From NCBI GenBank assembly GCA_013265495.1, contig MU058636.1:8984239-9048238 (forward strand): a stretch of DNA of 64,000 nt, in the 5' to 3' direction. The translations under genes were made by a program, and so were the position numbers. The notes under the pieces are model-generated. The model did no database searches, had not been told where the DNA came from, and saw nothing but the letters and a program-made list of their open reading frames with translations. Each line of letters starts with the position of its first letter. Within the stretch, counting starts at the first letter, position 1. Positions 1-13,017 of the stretch are shown piece by piece. The stretch comes from Vicugna vicugna (lineage: Eukaryota).

Positions 1-683
1 GTGCTGGTCTCCAGGAAGCATCGGGTTCTGCTAAGCAAGAACGATGAAGCAAATGATCAGAACTACATTGATTCCATTCATGACTGCCTTTGATGGCTGG
101 GTCCTAAGTTCACAGCGGCATTCACGCCACTTAGCGGTAGAAGCAGCTGAAAGAGCACTTGTAGGAAGAGGCTGTCAAAGGTTGCTCTCAGGAAGTAAGA
201 GAAAGAGCAGAGAGGAGAAGAGGGGAGCAGAGGTTAGCAGTAAGAAAAAGAAGCTCTGATTTATTTCTCCCTCTCAAAACCTGAGAAGATGCATATATAA
301 TTTGGGAGATAGGGATGCAGACAAGCGATCTACAAGCAAACATTGCATGCGTGGTGTTTCGATGTCTGGCTAGTGGAATGGAGTCGACTGTAGGAAACCT
401 CTGCGATTTCCAGGCAGCTGGAATGCAAGCATCTCCTTCCCCTACAGAGATCCACCAAAAAAATGTGTCTTTGGGCAAAAGGTCAAAAATGAAGAGAAAG
501 GCTACTGGGTTGACATTGTTTCCTCATTTATGATGAGCAGACTTGACAACTAGTTCTGTCACAGTCCAGCGTGTGTGTTGGAGGGCAAACCAGTGTCCAG
601 TTCAGTGTCACAGAGAATCTGGATAAAACAGTATCTCCATAACATTCTTCATCTAGGTCATTTGGGGCATCAACAAAAAACTC

Positions 684-704
684 TGTGTGTGTGTGTGTGT
701 GTGT
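684..704. repeat. (TG)10 microsatellite
   Basis: Direct reading. Confidence 0.95.
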
Positions 705-828
705 AGTTGGATTATACACAGGCATTACTAGAAAATTATTTTTGTTAGTGTTGTATTTTGAACATTTTGATTTCAAAAATATGGTAAATTTGGAGGAAGC
801 AATCACCATCTTCAAGCTTGTACTTTTT

Positions 829-982
829 TTTTGCCTTTCTTTTTTTTTTTTTTACTTTTTTTATTGAGTTATAGTCATTTTACAATTGTGTGTCAATTTC
901 CACTTTAGAGCACCATTTTTCAGTCATACATGAACATACATATATTCATTGTCACATTCTTTCTCACTGTGAGCTACCAAAA
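829..982 (-). mobile_element. Young, highly 5'-truncated L1 3' end (camelid-type)
   Basis: Poly-T then ttattgagttatagtcattttacaattgtgtgtcaatttcc...; TSD ttgtactttt at 818 and 983; similar to the element at 47693. Confidence 0.8.
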
Positions 983-1278
983 TTGTACTTTTAAATTAGT
1001 TTTCCATATCACTCATTAGTTTATTTGACAAATTTTTATCAAAAATCTCCTCTGCCCTACTTTTTGAGCACAGAGGATAGAGCAATAAAATAAAACAGAA
1101 AAAGTATTCTCACAGTGTTTGCAGTGTATATGGAGAGAAAAAAAATAAAGCATATAAAATGGAAGGTAGGGTAAGTGCTTTGGAGAAAAACAAACAAACA
1201 ACACAGTCAGGAAGATTCCTCTGATATAGGAGCAAAAATTTGAAGGAAATGAGGGAAAGTGCCGTAAGGATATCTGAG

Positions 1279-1661
1279 TATGATGGTTTTTTTGATACGT
1301 CCGCATGGCAAGGCTACGGTTCCCAGTTATTCAGTCAAACACCAATGTAAGTGATGCTGTGAAGTCATTTTGCACATGTAATGAAAGTCCATAGTCAACT
1401 GACTTTAATAAGGGAGATTGTCCTATGATTTGGGTGGGCCTGACTTACACAGCTGGAAGGCCTTAAGAGCAGCGAGAACAAGATGAAATTCTGCCTGCGA
1501 ACAACAGCTCAGCCCATGCCTGTGAAACCCCACCCTTCCTTTCCTGCCCGCCTGCCCGATGGCGCTCAGACCTGCTCAGCCAGCCCCCACAGCTGCCAAT
1601 TCCTTATAATAAAATCTTTCTCCCCTACTTGTGCTGCCTCTCGTTGAACCCTGGCGAACAC
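1279..1661 (+). mobile_element. MLT2-type ERVL solo LTR
   Basis: Characteristic ggctac..cccagttattcagtcaaacacc, gactttaataagggagattgtcc..tgggtgggcctga, ccaattccttataataaa and gaaccctg..aca terminus. Confidence 0.75.
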
Positions 1662-2019
1662 ACTGGAGAATGTTCCAGGAAGAAGAAACAGCAGACTTTG
1701 AAGTAAGATGTTTGGCAGGTCCAGGAGACATCGAGGAGGCCAATGTGGCTTCAGTGGAGGGAGCAGGAGGGAAAGGCCAGGGAAATAATTTAGCTCCAGA
1801 CATACGATGTTTAGATGTTTATTAAATACCTGAGTAGACATGTTAAGTAGGAATTCTGATATATCAGTCTGGGATAAATAAAGATCTAGTTCTAGGTACA
1901 GATGTTTCTTTTTTAAGAAAACTTCCTTTATTCTATCAGTAGTTGGAAAACTTAACTCACACAGAGAAAACGTTTAGTCAGCTGGAGAGACGAGAGACCA
2001 CCCAAGTACCACCCAAGAG

Positions 2020-2885
2020 AACAGTCTCTTCTCTGCATCTGAGAGCTCAGTTTTGGTGGTTCTGGTTTGGGCGGGCTTGCTTTTGTTTTGTTTTATATTC
2101 CACATGTAAATGAGATCATACAGTATTTCTCTCTCTCTGTCTGACTTATTTCACCTAGCATAATGCCCATCTATGTGGTCATAAATGTCAAGATTTCCTT
2201 CTTCTTTATGGCTAAATCATATTTATATTTTAAATTATATATATATATATATAGGCTATTATATACTATTATATTATATTATATCATATTATATTATATA
2301 TTGGCTATTGTAAATAACCTTGCAGTAAATATAGGGGTAACCAATATCTTTTTGAGGTAGTGATTTTATTTCCTTTGGATAAATACACAGAAGTGGGATC
2401 GCTGAATCATACGGTCATTCTATTTTTAATTTTTTGCAGCATCTCCATACTGTTTTCCATAGTGGCTGCACCAATTTACATTTCCACCGACTGTGCCCAA
2501 GGATTCCCTTTTCTCCACACTCTCACCAACACTCGTTATTTCTTGTCTTTTTAGCAAATAGCCATTGTGACAGGTGTGAGGTGATAATCTCAATGTGGTT
2601 TTGATTCGCGTCTCCCTGATGACTAGTGATGTTGAGCACGTTCCTTGTACCTGTTAGCCATTTGTATGTCTTTTTTGGAAAAGTGTCTATTCAGATCCTC
2701 TGCCCATTTTTAAATCAGATTGTTTTATTTTTCCTGTTGAGTTGTATGAGTTCGTCATATATTTTGGATATTAACCCCGTTATCAGATATATGATTTGTA
2801 AATACTTTCTCTCATTCGTTAGGTGGCCTCTTCATTTTGTTGATGGTTTCCTTTGACATACAGAAGCTTTTTCGTTTAATTCAGA
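2020..2885 (-). mobile_element. L1 (L1MA-like) ORF2 end/3'UTR fragment with an internal AT-rich low-complexity patch (2236-2300)
   Basis: ttccacatgtaaatgagatcatacagtat, agtggctgcaccaatttacatttccacc, acaggtgtgaggtgataatctcaatgtggttttgatt and cagaagcttttt are antisense L1 hallmarks. Confidence 0.85.
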
Positions 2886-5352
2886 CCAGAGCATTTAAAT
2901 GGAATATGTGTAGAATGGAAAAAGACAAATTGTTCTCTTCTTGTTTTTTGGCAAAATCCCAAATTAATCGAGTTCTAATGATATTCAGTGGTGATCTACC
3001 ACGTCCTAAATAAACACTCTCTTGCTGTAATCTCCAGTAACGTTCTATAAAGATTAATCATTGAGCAACTTGAAGTTATTCTGGCTGTAGTGATAAAATT
3101 GTTTTATAAACCCTCAAAGCTTACTGGATTAAGGTGCGAAATTTCAGTCTGGCACGCCAAGCTTTGTACCGTTCAGACTTTTTACATGCTGCTCTCTTAT
3201 TCAGACTGTTCTGTAGCAGCAACTCAATTTCCAATGGCTAGTCCAAATCACCGCAGCCAGTCAAGAAATCTAGTTTGTAAAATATTTGGTTCAATCTCAT
3301 GAAAAGCACAAAGTCAATAGGTGGAAATCTCAGCCTTCAGTTTTATGAAACTATTTCTGTATCTCCTGGTGGAAGTACTCCTTCCTTGGGAACTTAGACT
3401 TTTAAACCAGAAAAGTCAAGGTTGCAATGAAGGGAAGCAAACATTTGCTAATAGATCACTTGGAGGTACTGTGAGAAGAGCCACAGAGATAGCTGTTCTG
3501 ATGCAAATAGTTACACTGATTAATGTTTTACTGACATTACGAGATTATAACTGATATGTTCTTATCAAATAAGTAATTATTTAATCAATAATTACTTTGA
3601 AATATTTTGAAAAGGAAGTGCATTTCTTCCATATAATAAATATTTAAATCTTATGTGATGCAATGAAAACTAAGGTATTCAACCAAAAATTTACTCAACG
3701 CCACAACCTCAAATCCTTTCAGGAATGAGGCAGCGCATAAAAAATTCATAAAACTAAACATTAGATACTGTGTATCTAAAAATGTGATACATTTTGCTAT
3801 AGAATTTGCTTCATAGGACAATATAAAAATTAGACTATAAGTTTTCCATATAATAAAAATTAGCTTTTTATATGCTTAGGCTCAGAGAATATAATTTAAC
3901 TGGGACATAGAGAATAAAACATTTTTGCAGCTCCATAATTGCCTAAAAGTTTTTAATGCATTTTTTATGGTTTGGAAAATTTGGCTTGAAATAAAAAAAA
4001 ATTATAATTAACTCCTGTGTCAAAATGTTTTAAGGCAGCTAATTCTTCAGGAAATATAGCATGGTTCACTGCCAGTTAGAATGAATTAATGCTTTATTTT
4101 CCCTTGGTAGTATCTCACACCTGTTTCTAATATTTGTTCCTTTGATATAATTCCATGCATTTGGTTCACTGATTTCTCCTTTTCAAGTCTGCCTAGTCTA
4201 AAAGAGTTGAACATAACTACTAAACGCAGGTGGTCTGGAAATCTTCATCACTGTAGAATTGTGGTTAACCCTAGTGGGTGGTAATGGATATGATGTTTAA
4301 CAAAACACACCACTTTCTTTAAAGAAATCACATAGACCACACAGTCCTCCTTTCCTATTCATGGAGTTGCCTAATGAGATGGATAAATGAATTTTGGCTT
4401 CTTCAAAGGAAATGATACAGCAACTTCCAACATAAACATGAATTGTTATGCTCCAAGGAAAGCAGGTGGTGATGAGTTTCTTTGTGTGGTTTCAAAATCC
4501 AAACTAAAGATAACCTGAGTAAAAGTGCTGGACATTTGACTGGATTTATCCCTATAATGTGATGGAGCTTTATTTCCGTTTTTGTAATAAACTTTTGCCA
4601 TTTAATTGCAATCCATGGACACGCACACAAAGCGTCTTGCATTTATTTGGGCATGCCTGCAAAAGAGATTTATTCACTATTTACTCTGAAAGATCAGATA
4701 CCTGCCCTTATGTGGACCTTAGTCTAGTGAGAAAGGTAGCTAAAGCCACCAACAAAATATGGTGTTAGAATTTACTACCAAACTCTAAAGAAGGGAGATC
4801 TAAATCAGAACTTTGGGAGGAGAAATGCCACTCAGACATGATGTTCCAGGGGATTTGACCTAAGCTGAGCCTTAGGACCGGTAGGAACTAATCAAGTGTA
4901 GAAGTGGAGAGAGTTTTCTCTAGTGAAGTAGCAGCTGGAAAGCCAAAAATAGTGGTGTGATCATGTTCAGGGACCGTCACGCAGTTTTATGGGGCTGTCA
5001 CACGTGCCATTTGTGGAGATGACAGAAGATAACATTAGGCGGGTAAGCAGGTATCATGAGGTCACAATATTTACCCTTGATTATTTGGATTTTATCCAAA
5101 ACACTGAGTAGCCATTAGAGGATTTTAGGCTATAAAGTGGCATGATTATATACATGTTTAAAAGAATCTTCTGGCAACCTCGCATTGATTGGCAGAGTGT
5201 CAGGTTATATATAAGAGAAATATGTAATAAGGACCATAAATAACATAGCAGTAGAGGGGGCTGAAGGAATGGTATGAATTTATGAAATAAAGAGGAGTCC
5301 AAAGAATTTTAATAGGATGAGACAAGTTTCTGAGTGATGGATATAACAAAGC

Positions 5353-5613
5353 ATATGAGTCTGTCAGGGCTGACATACCAAAATCAAATAACACACTGGG
5401 TGGCTTAGACAATAGAAATTTCTCCCAGTTCTAGAGGCTGGAAGTCCAAGATCAAAGTGTCGGCAGGTTTGGTTTCTCCTGCAGCCTCTCTCCTTGGCTT
5501 GTACATTTGTCTGTGCACATCCCCTTTACAACCTCGGTTGACCTTAATTACCTCCTTATGGTCCTATCCCTCAACCCGTGAATTTTGGAGGGGATGAAAT
5601 TCAGTCCATAACA
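5353..5613 (-). mobile_element. MaLR LTR (MLT1A-like), internally deleted
   Basis: ctgggtggcttagacaatagaaatt..tctagaggctggaagtccaagatcaaagtgtcggcagg; ends ttcagtccataaca (revcomp TGTTATGGACTGAA). Confidence 0.8.
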
Positions 5614-6299
5614 CAAAGTAAGGACTATGGTTCTCAAACCTAAGAGAGTATGAATCACATGATTAGATTTCTGGGAATACAGAGATGAAGATAACCTGGC
5701 TCTAAAACCTTGATGAGAGCTCAACACTGTTTTCCTACCCAGATGATGAGATAGGATTTTGAGAGCCTAGAGTGCCCAGTCACAGTGGGAGACAGCCTGA
5801 GTTCCCAGATGAAGACAAGGAGGAGAGCCTGTGTCTCTCTGCCCTGGACTGTGATGGGAGAAATAGGGGAGACAGTTTTTAAACATGTTTATTTTTTCTT
5901 ATATACTTTACATTATTTAGCACTTCAAGAAAGAAAATAAATACAATGTTTCAAAATGCAATTCTTGGATTACGAAAATTCTTTATAATTATACCTAATT
6001 GATATCTGGAAACGTATGTAGAGACTAAATCATCTAACAAATAAAATAGATAAGTAAAAAAACTATACATCTCAGAGGTGAGGATCATGTCTGACTGTTT
6101 AAGTCGTTTTGCTATGGTAAGCATTTTTTTAAACATAATTTACATTTGTTTCAATCACATATCTATCCATCACAAGAATTAAATTAGACCATTGATGCTA
6201 ACAATTTAAGATTATGATCTTTGTTACCTTAAAAGAAAATTCAGCTTAATACAAAGAAATTCAAGAAGAAAATTTCAAGACTTGATCAGAAGCTTTCAA

Positions 6300-7292
6300 T
6301 GCTATGAAAAGACATGGAGGAAACTTAAATGCGTATTACTAAGTGAAAGAAGCCAATCTGAAAATGCAACATGCTGTGTGATTAAAACTATATGACATTG
6401 TGGTATATTTATACAATGGAATACTATTCAGCCATAAAATGACAACATAATGCCATGTGCAGCAACATGGATGTTCCTGGAGAATGTCATTCTAAGAGAA
6501 GTAAGCCAGAAAGAGAAAGAAAAATACTATATGATATCACTTATATGTAGAATCTAAAAAAAAAAAAAAGACAAATGAACTTATTTACAAAACAGAAACA
6601 GACTCACAAGACATAGAAAACAAACTTATGGTTACCAGGGGGGAAGAGGGTGGGAAGGGATAAATTGGGAGTTCGAAATTTGTAGATACTAACTACTATA
6701 CATAAAATAGATAAACAACAAGTTTACACTGTCTAGCATGGGGAACAATATTCACAAACTTTTAGTAACCTATAATGAAAGAGAATATGAAAATAAATAT
6801 ATGTATGCATATGTATGACAATTATTATGCTGTACATAAGAAATTGACACAACATTGTAAACTGACTATACTTAAATAAAAAAAAATTATGACACTCTGA
6901 ATAAAGCAAAACTATGAAGAGGGTAAAAAGAGCAGTATCTTCCAGGGATTAGGGGGGGAGTGAGGGATGAACAGGCAGAGGATTTTAGATCAGTGAAATG
7001 ACTCTGTATGGCTCTATAATAGTGGATACATATCATCACACATTTATCCAAATCCATGAATGTACAACACCAAGGGTGAACCTAATGTAAACTATGGATT
7101 TGGGTGATTATGCTGTGTCATTGTAGGTTCATCAGCTGTGACACGTGAACAGCTCTGGCTGAGAATGTTGATAATGAGGGACACTATGCAGGTGCAGGGC
7201 CAGGTAAACATGGGAAATCTCTGCACCTTCAGTTCATTTTTGTGTGTGTGAACCTAAAGCTGCTCTAAGATATAAAGTCTGTTTAAAAAAAA
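6300..7292 (+). mobile_element. Old L1MC-type 3' end, split by a younger L1 insertion
   Basis: acatggaggaaacttaaatgcgtattactaagtgaaagaagccaatctg...tatgacatt, then resumes at ~6890 with gcaaaactatg...gtgaacctaatgtaaactatgg...taaagtctgtttaaaaaa. Confidence 0.82.
6400..6886 (+). mobile_element. Younger artiodactyl/camelid L1 3' fragment nested in the L1MC
   Basis: gtggtatatttatacaatggaatactattcagcc...gaagtaagccagaaagagaaag...aacattgtaaactgactatacttaaataaaaaa; flanked by tatgacatt / tatgacact. Confidence 0.85.
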
Positions 7293-7533
7293 ATAAACTA
7301 TTTCTGTTGTCTTTGTTCTAAACAGTTTATTAGACTAGATGGTGGGGAGCGAAACCACCAACCACCTTCTTTCCTTAAAGAGGAAACAGTGAGGGGGCCA
7401 GCTGCCACAGTCATTGTTCATCTTCACCATGAGCACTATAGTCTGATAAGGTGTAAGGAGTACTGTGCTATAAATCCAAATACATTTCCAGGTATTTCCA
7501 GATAAGTCAGCAATTCAAGGAACATTTGGTTCA

Positions 7534-7679
7534 GGGGGAAGAGTGTAGCTCAGTGGTGGAGTGCATGCCTAGCATGCACAAGGTCCTGGGTTCAATTCCC
7601 AGCACCTCTGTTTAAAAAAATAAATAAATAAACCTAAAATCACCTCTCCTTTTAAGAAAAAAAAAAATGAGAAAAAAAA
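7534..7679 (+). mobile_element. tRNA-derived SINE, camelid Vic-1-like
   Basis: GGGGGAAGAGTG-TAGCTCAGTGG (A box 7546-7556), GGTTCAATTCC (B box 7589-7599), A-rich tail. 17-bp TSD aaggaacatttggttca (7517-7533) / aagaaacacttggctca (7680-7696), 3 mismatches. Confidence 0.88.
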
Positions 7680-10600
7680 AAGAAACACTTGGCTCATTTC
7701 AAAAGATTCTAAGACAAACTTGTCCTCAGTAACCTTTAAAAATATAAAGTTTATTCACAAAACTTCATGAAAGCAACAAGAAAACACAGAAATTAATGAA
7801 ATACTACAATGATGTACAGAGACGTTCCCCCATAAATCCCCTTCCCTCACACAGAGATAACATTGAGCAGTTAAACATTCCAAAAATGGTAAAAGGCTTG
7901 AGGCTTTCATCTCATAAAAGCCTACTTTGTCACCCTTCTAAGTGAAACAGTAATCAGAGATCAATAGTGTCCCTAACTCGTCCCCTTCTCCCTCTTTATG
8001 GAAGAGGAAACTGACCGTGGCGCGTTGCCTCAAGCTGCCTAAGGTAATGGCCAAATGAAAACTAGAAACTCCAGCTGTCTGGTGCCAGCCCAAAACTCTG
8101 CCTAATTATGACTCCCTTTAGTAAAATATTTTTAACTGTTTTTTCTACAAGTCTCGTCTCAAACATTTAGCTCAATAAAGTGTTGTCAAAAGTAATCAGA
8201 TTTTGCAGCAGTATTATCCAAAAAATGATTTACGGGCTACAGCCTTGTTACTTTGTACTATATAACCTTTAACTTTTGAAGGATATAACTTCAACATTCA
8301 ACTGGGCTTTACATGTGCGTTCCCGTCAGACGGAGCTTGCCACATGCGTCCTATAGACAGGAGACAATCATCACGCAAACGCTGTGTCCAGAGAATTCTC
8401 AGAAAAAAATAGAAAGGGCAGATTCGGTAAATTTCACTAAACGCAATCTAGCTAAAAGCCATATGCTTATTTAGAGAATAAAACTGAGCATATACTGTAG
8501 AAATACAGCTTACACTGCTATTCCACAAGTCAGAGACTTGTGGGCAGTGGCGTGAATTCCCAGTATTTCCAAAGGTAAAGTCCTGGTAAACTGGGTGACG
8601 AATATGGCTTAGGATAAGAAATCTATATGAGGCTTGAGTTTAGATGCATTGTGTCTCCAGACGGATCATACTTGCAGTTATTCACGGCTGAGAAAGGAGC
8701 AAAAGAGAACTCAGGAGATGCTTTCTGAAGAGATAGCTCTGTGCTTGTGGGTTTAGTGTGTGGGAACAGGAAGTGAGAAAGAACTGCTCCATGATATAAT
8801 AACTCTTATAATATATAATAACCAGTGAAGCAGAGCCTGAATTAAATAGTAGGCTAATCTTCCTAGTCAGTAGAAGGGCATCACTCAGGCAAATGACTGA
8901 ATGTAGCTATTTCCCTCTGCAGACATAAGCTCAGGGTTCATTCTAAGGTGCTCGAAGTACTTCAAGTTAAAGCTTTGGATTTAAAAATCTATTATGTGTA
9001 GGTTATTTTATTAGACAAGGGGAAAGGCCAGAACAATCCACATGATAACAGATCCATTTTGGAGACATCAGTAAGAACTCATGTTTAGCTTAACGTAAGT
9101 ATATATATGATTACATATAGAAATATTTATAGAAATGTAGGAAAATTTTAAAGAAATTAGTTTTGAACTACTTTGGTCTATGTATATTTGATGAAGACTT
9201 GAATTTTTATGCTCTTTGTGATCAGCATTAATGCTTTGAAGCGTGCCAGTTAATATACATCATGACCACTTCTCTCTACTTAGGTACCTATTTGGGAACA
9301 TTGCCTTTTGATTTACAGCCACAGAGGCATTCCTGACAGGCCCCGAAAGGGCTGGATACAGGAAAGGTATATGTAATCTCGTCCTGATCAGGACCAGGGG
9401 CACACTGATTCTGATTGGATGCATGCCTCAGGAGTTTAAAAACTCTTATCACACTTTATCTAAATTTTCTTTCTTTTTTGCTGAGGGCAAGTTTGGAATT
9501 CTCTTCCTTCTCCCCCACCCCTCCCCCTCTGCCCGTTCTCCTCCCCTATTTGCATTTCAATGAATGACTGGCTCTCTCATCCCCTGTTTGAGTCTTCAGC
9601 CTGGAATGAAATGAACAAATTTAGGGCTGGTAATTGAGCTTTTTTCAGTTTTTAACTCACAACATATTTATTGTTTTATGAGCTTCAAAAAGAATAATCT
9701 TTTTCTGCATTTGTGTGGTGTTCACTTACTAAATCACTTGAAAGAATTAGCCACAAATGACTTTTTTTTTTATCATATACAGTTATAGCTTCAATTTCAT
9801 GAAAATAAAATTTACTGCTGTTTATAGGACTATGAGAAGAATTTATCATTTTTAAGCTGCTATAGACAGGGTCTCTAATCCACTCACACCTGATACGTGA
9901 CATAGGAAACGGCCTGCCGCCAAACACGCTCAGATATTTGATACGCGTCTTTCGCAGTCTGACCAGCTGCAGCTTACACCCACTGTCAAATAACAGAGAA
10001 AAATGTTTGCTCTGTCTTAACATGTGCCTTTGGGGGAAGACCCACTTAACATTCATTCATGTATTAATATGTTCAATGGACATCCGTCAAATATCTGACA
10101 TACACAAAGCATCATCCTAAGTGCCGTTGACGCAAACACAGGAAATGGAAATGGTATCCTGACCGACTCTATCCAAACAAGTAAAGCTCATTCTGTTTTA
10201 CGTTCACATATGTTACGTAAATAAACCTGGGATAAGGACATCTTGTGTGCACACTATTCTAATGGCTCCCACTTACTTTTGCTTTGCTCTTTGAACTTTC
10301 TCTTGACTTGTTTGAATGATAGAGATTCTACCTATTAGAAACTCTGGGGTCGGGATTTCTGACACTGCACTTGGGCATCCAGAAGGAGTTTTCATACATC
10401 ATGGCATGTGGTCCACCAGTTGTCAGGCTGGCGGTGAGGGACAGAAGAGAAGACAAGACTAACTTCTAAACCAAGTACCACACGGATGAGACGATTCCTG
10501 AGGCTGATTCTGGCCATAAGTCAATACGCAGCCTAGAGAAGCAGGGAGACCACAGCCTGAAGTGTGAGGAGTGAATTTTCTGGTTCTAGCAGACGGGAGT

Positions 10601-11751
10601 TGTACTGCAGATGGGAACAATACGGAATAGGGGTACATGACTCCCAATCCTGGGGCAGGAGGCTGGCAGAACAGGACTAGGGACGCAGTTCCTGGCCCGC
10701 TATGGAGGTGATCCTTGGGTACCAGCAGAGGCGCCATGAGCTGTGGGATGAGCAGCCTTTGCCCCCCAGTAGTCCCACCACAATAGTCTCCATCATTTCA
10801 AACACAAAGGAAAACACAGTCACAAAACACACAAATTGTGGCAGCAGTTTTTTTCATAATATCCAAAAAAACAGAAAGCCCTGTTATCTATCAATAGGAG
10901 AATGCATAAACAAGCTCCACAACCGAATACAAGTCTGTGATCAAAAGGCATGAACTCCTGATATAGGACAGGCAGGAGGGGCCGTGTCTGTGTATGTATA
11001 CATTCCAGTGGGGCTGTGAGGGGGCTTGTGAGTGGAGTCTGACTGGTAGTCATATGTCCCCCTAAAACTCGGGAGTGCTGCTACTTAATTGTGAAGAGCA
11101 TTGGTGGACAGCAGCAGATTCAGACACAATGACGATTGTAAGCAGCAGCTTTGCAGATCGAGTGTGTTTTGTATGGTAACGTGGTAACTGGCACGCGGTA
11201 GGTAACAAACAGTTGTAGCTTGCATTTATAACAATTACTGTTATCACTTGTTTATATGTGCTTGAGCCCAAAGAAAGATTTGTGCTAACCAGTCATGCTC
11301 TAGACTCAGAAGAAACTGTGTTTTCTGCTGAAAACCAGTCTGGCAATAACAAATAGCCCTCCCTCAAAAAAATGATTCATTAAAATCCCTTTCAATAATT
11401 AAATGTTATTTAATTTATCTTGGGTGGTCTGATTTTTTTTTTTCAGTTCAAGATTCCAAGACTAGTTACATCATATTCAGAGATTCTTAGCAGGATGAAG
11501 TTTTGTTTCCATGACTAGCTCTAATGGGTTGTTTGAATGAAACAAGTGGATTATGTATACTTTGCAACAGATTTGCTAATTGCCAACAGGAATTATTTTT
11601 GATATTTACTTCCTAAAATCATTCCCTTAAAATAAATGAGGCATTGTTTCATTCGATTCGGAGTTTAATGCCAGTGAGTTAAAAAGAAAAATACAAATAC
11701 CAAAAAAATGAAAAGGGTATAAAAATGATTATGAGAAAAAATTTAAAACTG

Positions 11752-12055
11752 AATTGTTCACAATAGCCAAAAGGGGAAAACAAGCCAAGTGTCCGCAGGT
11801 GGTGGATGGATAAAGAAACTGTGGTCTATACATACAAGGGAATATTATTCAGCCTTAAAAAGAAAGGAAATTCTGACACCTGCTATAATATGGATGAACC
11901 CTGAGGATACCACATTACGTGAAGTAAAAACAGTTCTGAAGCTGGACAGTGATGATGGTTCCACAATAGTGTGAATATACTTAATGTCACTGAATTGTAC
12001 ACTGAAAATGGCAAAACTTATAATATGCATATTTTACCACCATTTTAAAAATAAA
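11752..12055 (+). mobile_element. L1MB-like 3' fragment with an internal deletion
   Basis: ttcacaatagccaaaagg..ggataaagaaactgtgg..tattcagccttaaaaagaaaggaaattctg, joined directly to gatggttccacaatagtgtgaatatacttaatgtcactgaattgtacac. Confidence 0.8.
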
Positions 12056-12789
12056 TTATTGTGAGAGGAAAATGCATTTTATGGGAGAGTTCCTTCACCC
12101 ATAAAATCCATCACCCTCCTGGTCCTGTTACTATCATGGAGGACCTGCAGTGGACCAGGGCAACCGTATATTAGCAAGAAATATGGATACCCCGTAAGCA
12201 TTAAGTAGTGTCTTCTGTGTTAACACAGATTTATAGTAAGTTCATGAATGGTTTCCTAAGAGAAAGAATAATAATACTGCTTTCTTTTTGAATGGATAGT
12301 ACTCTTAAAAATTAGCATAAGAATTCATTCATTTGTTCATTCTTTCCACCCATCTACTGATAAATGCCCTGCTGTAGGCGCAGTCATTTACACTTCTTTT
12401 CCAGATCCTGTTTGTGTTACAAAAATAAGATAGCTGCATTTTAGGGCTGGAAGGAGAGAGAAATTGAGGCAGAGAAATGAGACTTGGAGTTCATGCCTGT
12501 GTCTTGGAGCTTCAGAGTTATCTAGAAATGTCAGCCATCAAGCAGTTTATATGCATGTTTGGGAATCGCTGGATTTCAAATATTTAGAGATAGAGCAGCA
12601 GCCCTTTACATGCAAAGGCATCCAATTCAAACCAGCTTAAAGGTGCAGTGGCCTTTTACCGCCCGTAGGGGAGCCCTGGCTTCAGGCATGACTGGACTAG
12701 GGACGGCAGGGACTCTCCCTGCTGGGTCCTTGTCTTTTGTCTTTCCTTCTCTGTGATCCCTGGTTTCCTTGTCGCCTGCTGTCGGCAAC

Positions 12790-12983
12790 TCAGCTCCTCG
12801 TTTACTCTGCTGCACCTGCTTTTAGAACATTCTAAGCACGAGGCTCGCCTCGGGACTTTACACGCACTGTTCTTTCTTCTTGAGCCCTCTTCCCCCAGGT
12901 ATCCACGTGGGTCACTCCATCATTTCACTCGGGTCAAATGCCACCTTGTCAGAGAAGTCTGTCCTGACTACATAATTTGAAAT

Positions 12984-13017
<34 letters not shown>

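Noticed and set aside
7534..7610. Functional tRNA gene
   Set aside because: It has an A-rich tail, a TSD and an altered acceptor stem, so it is a SINE.
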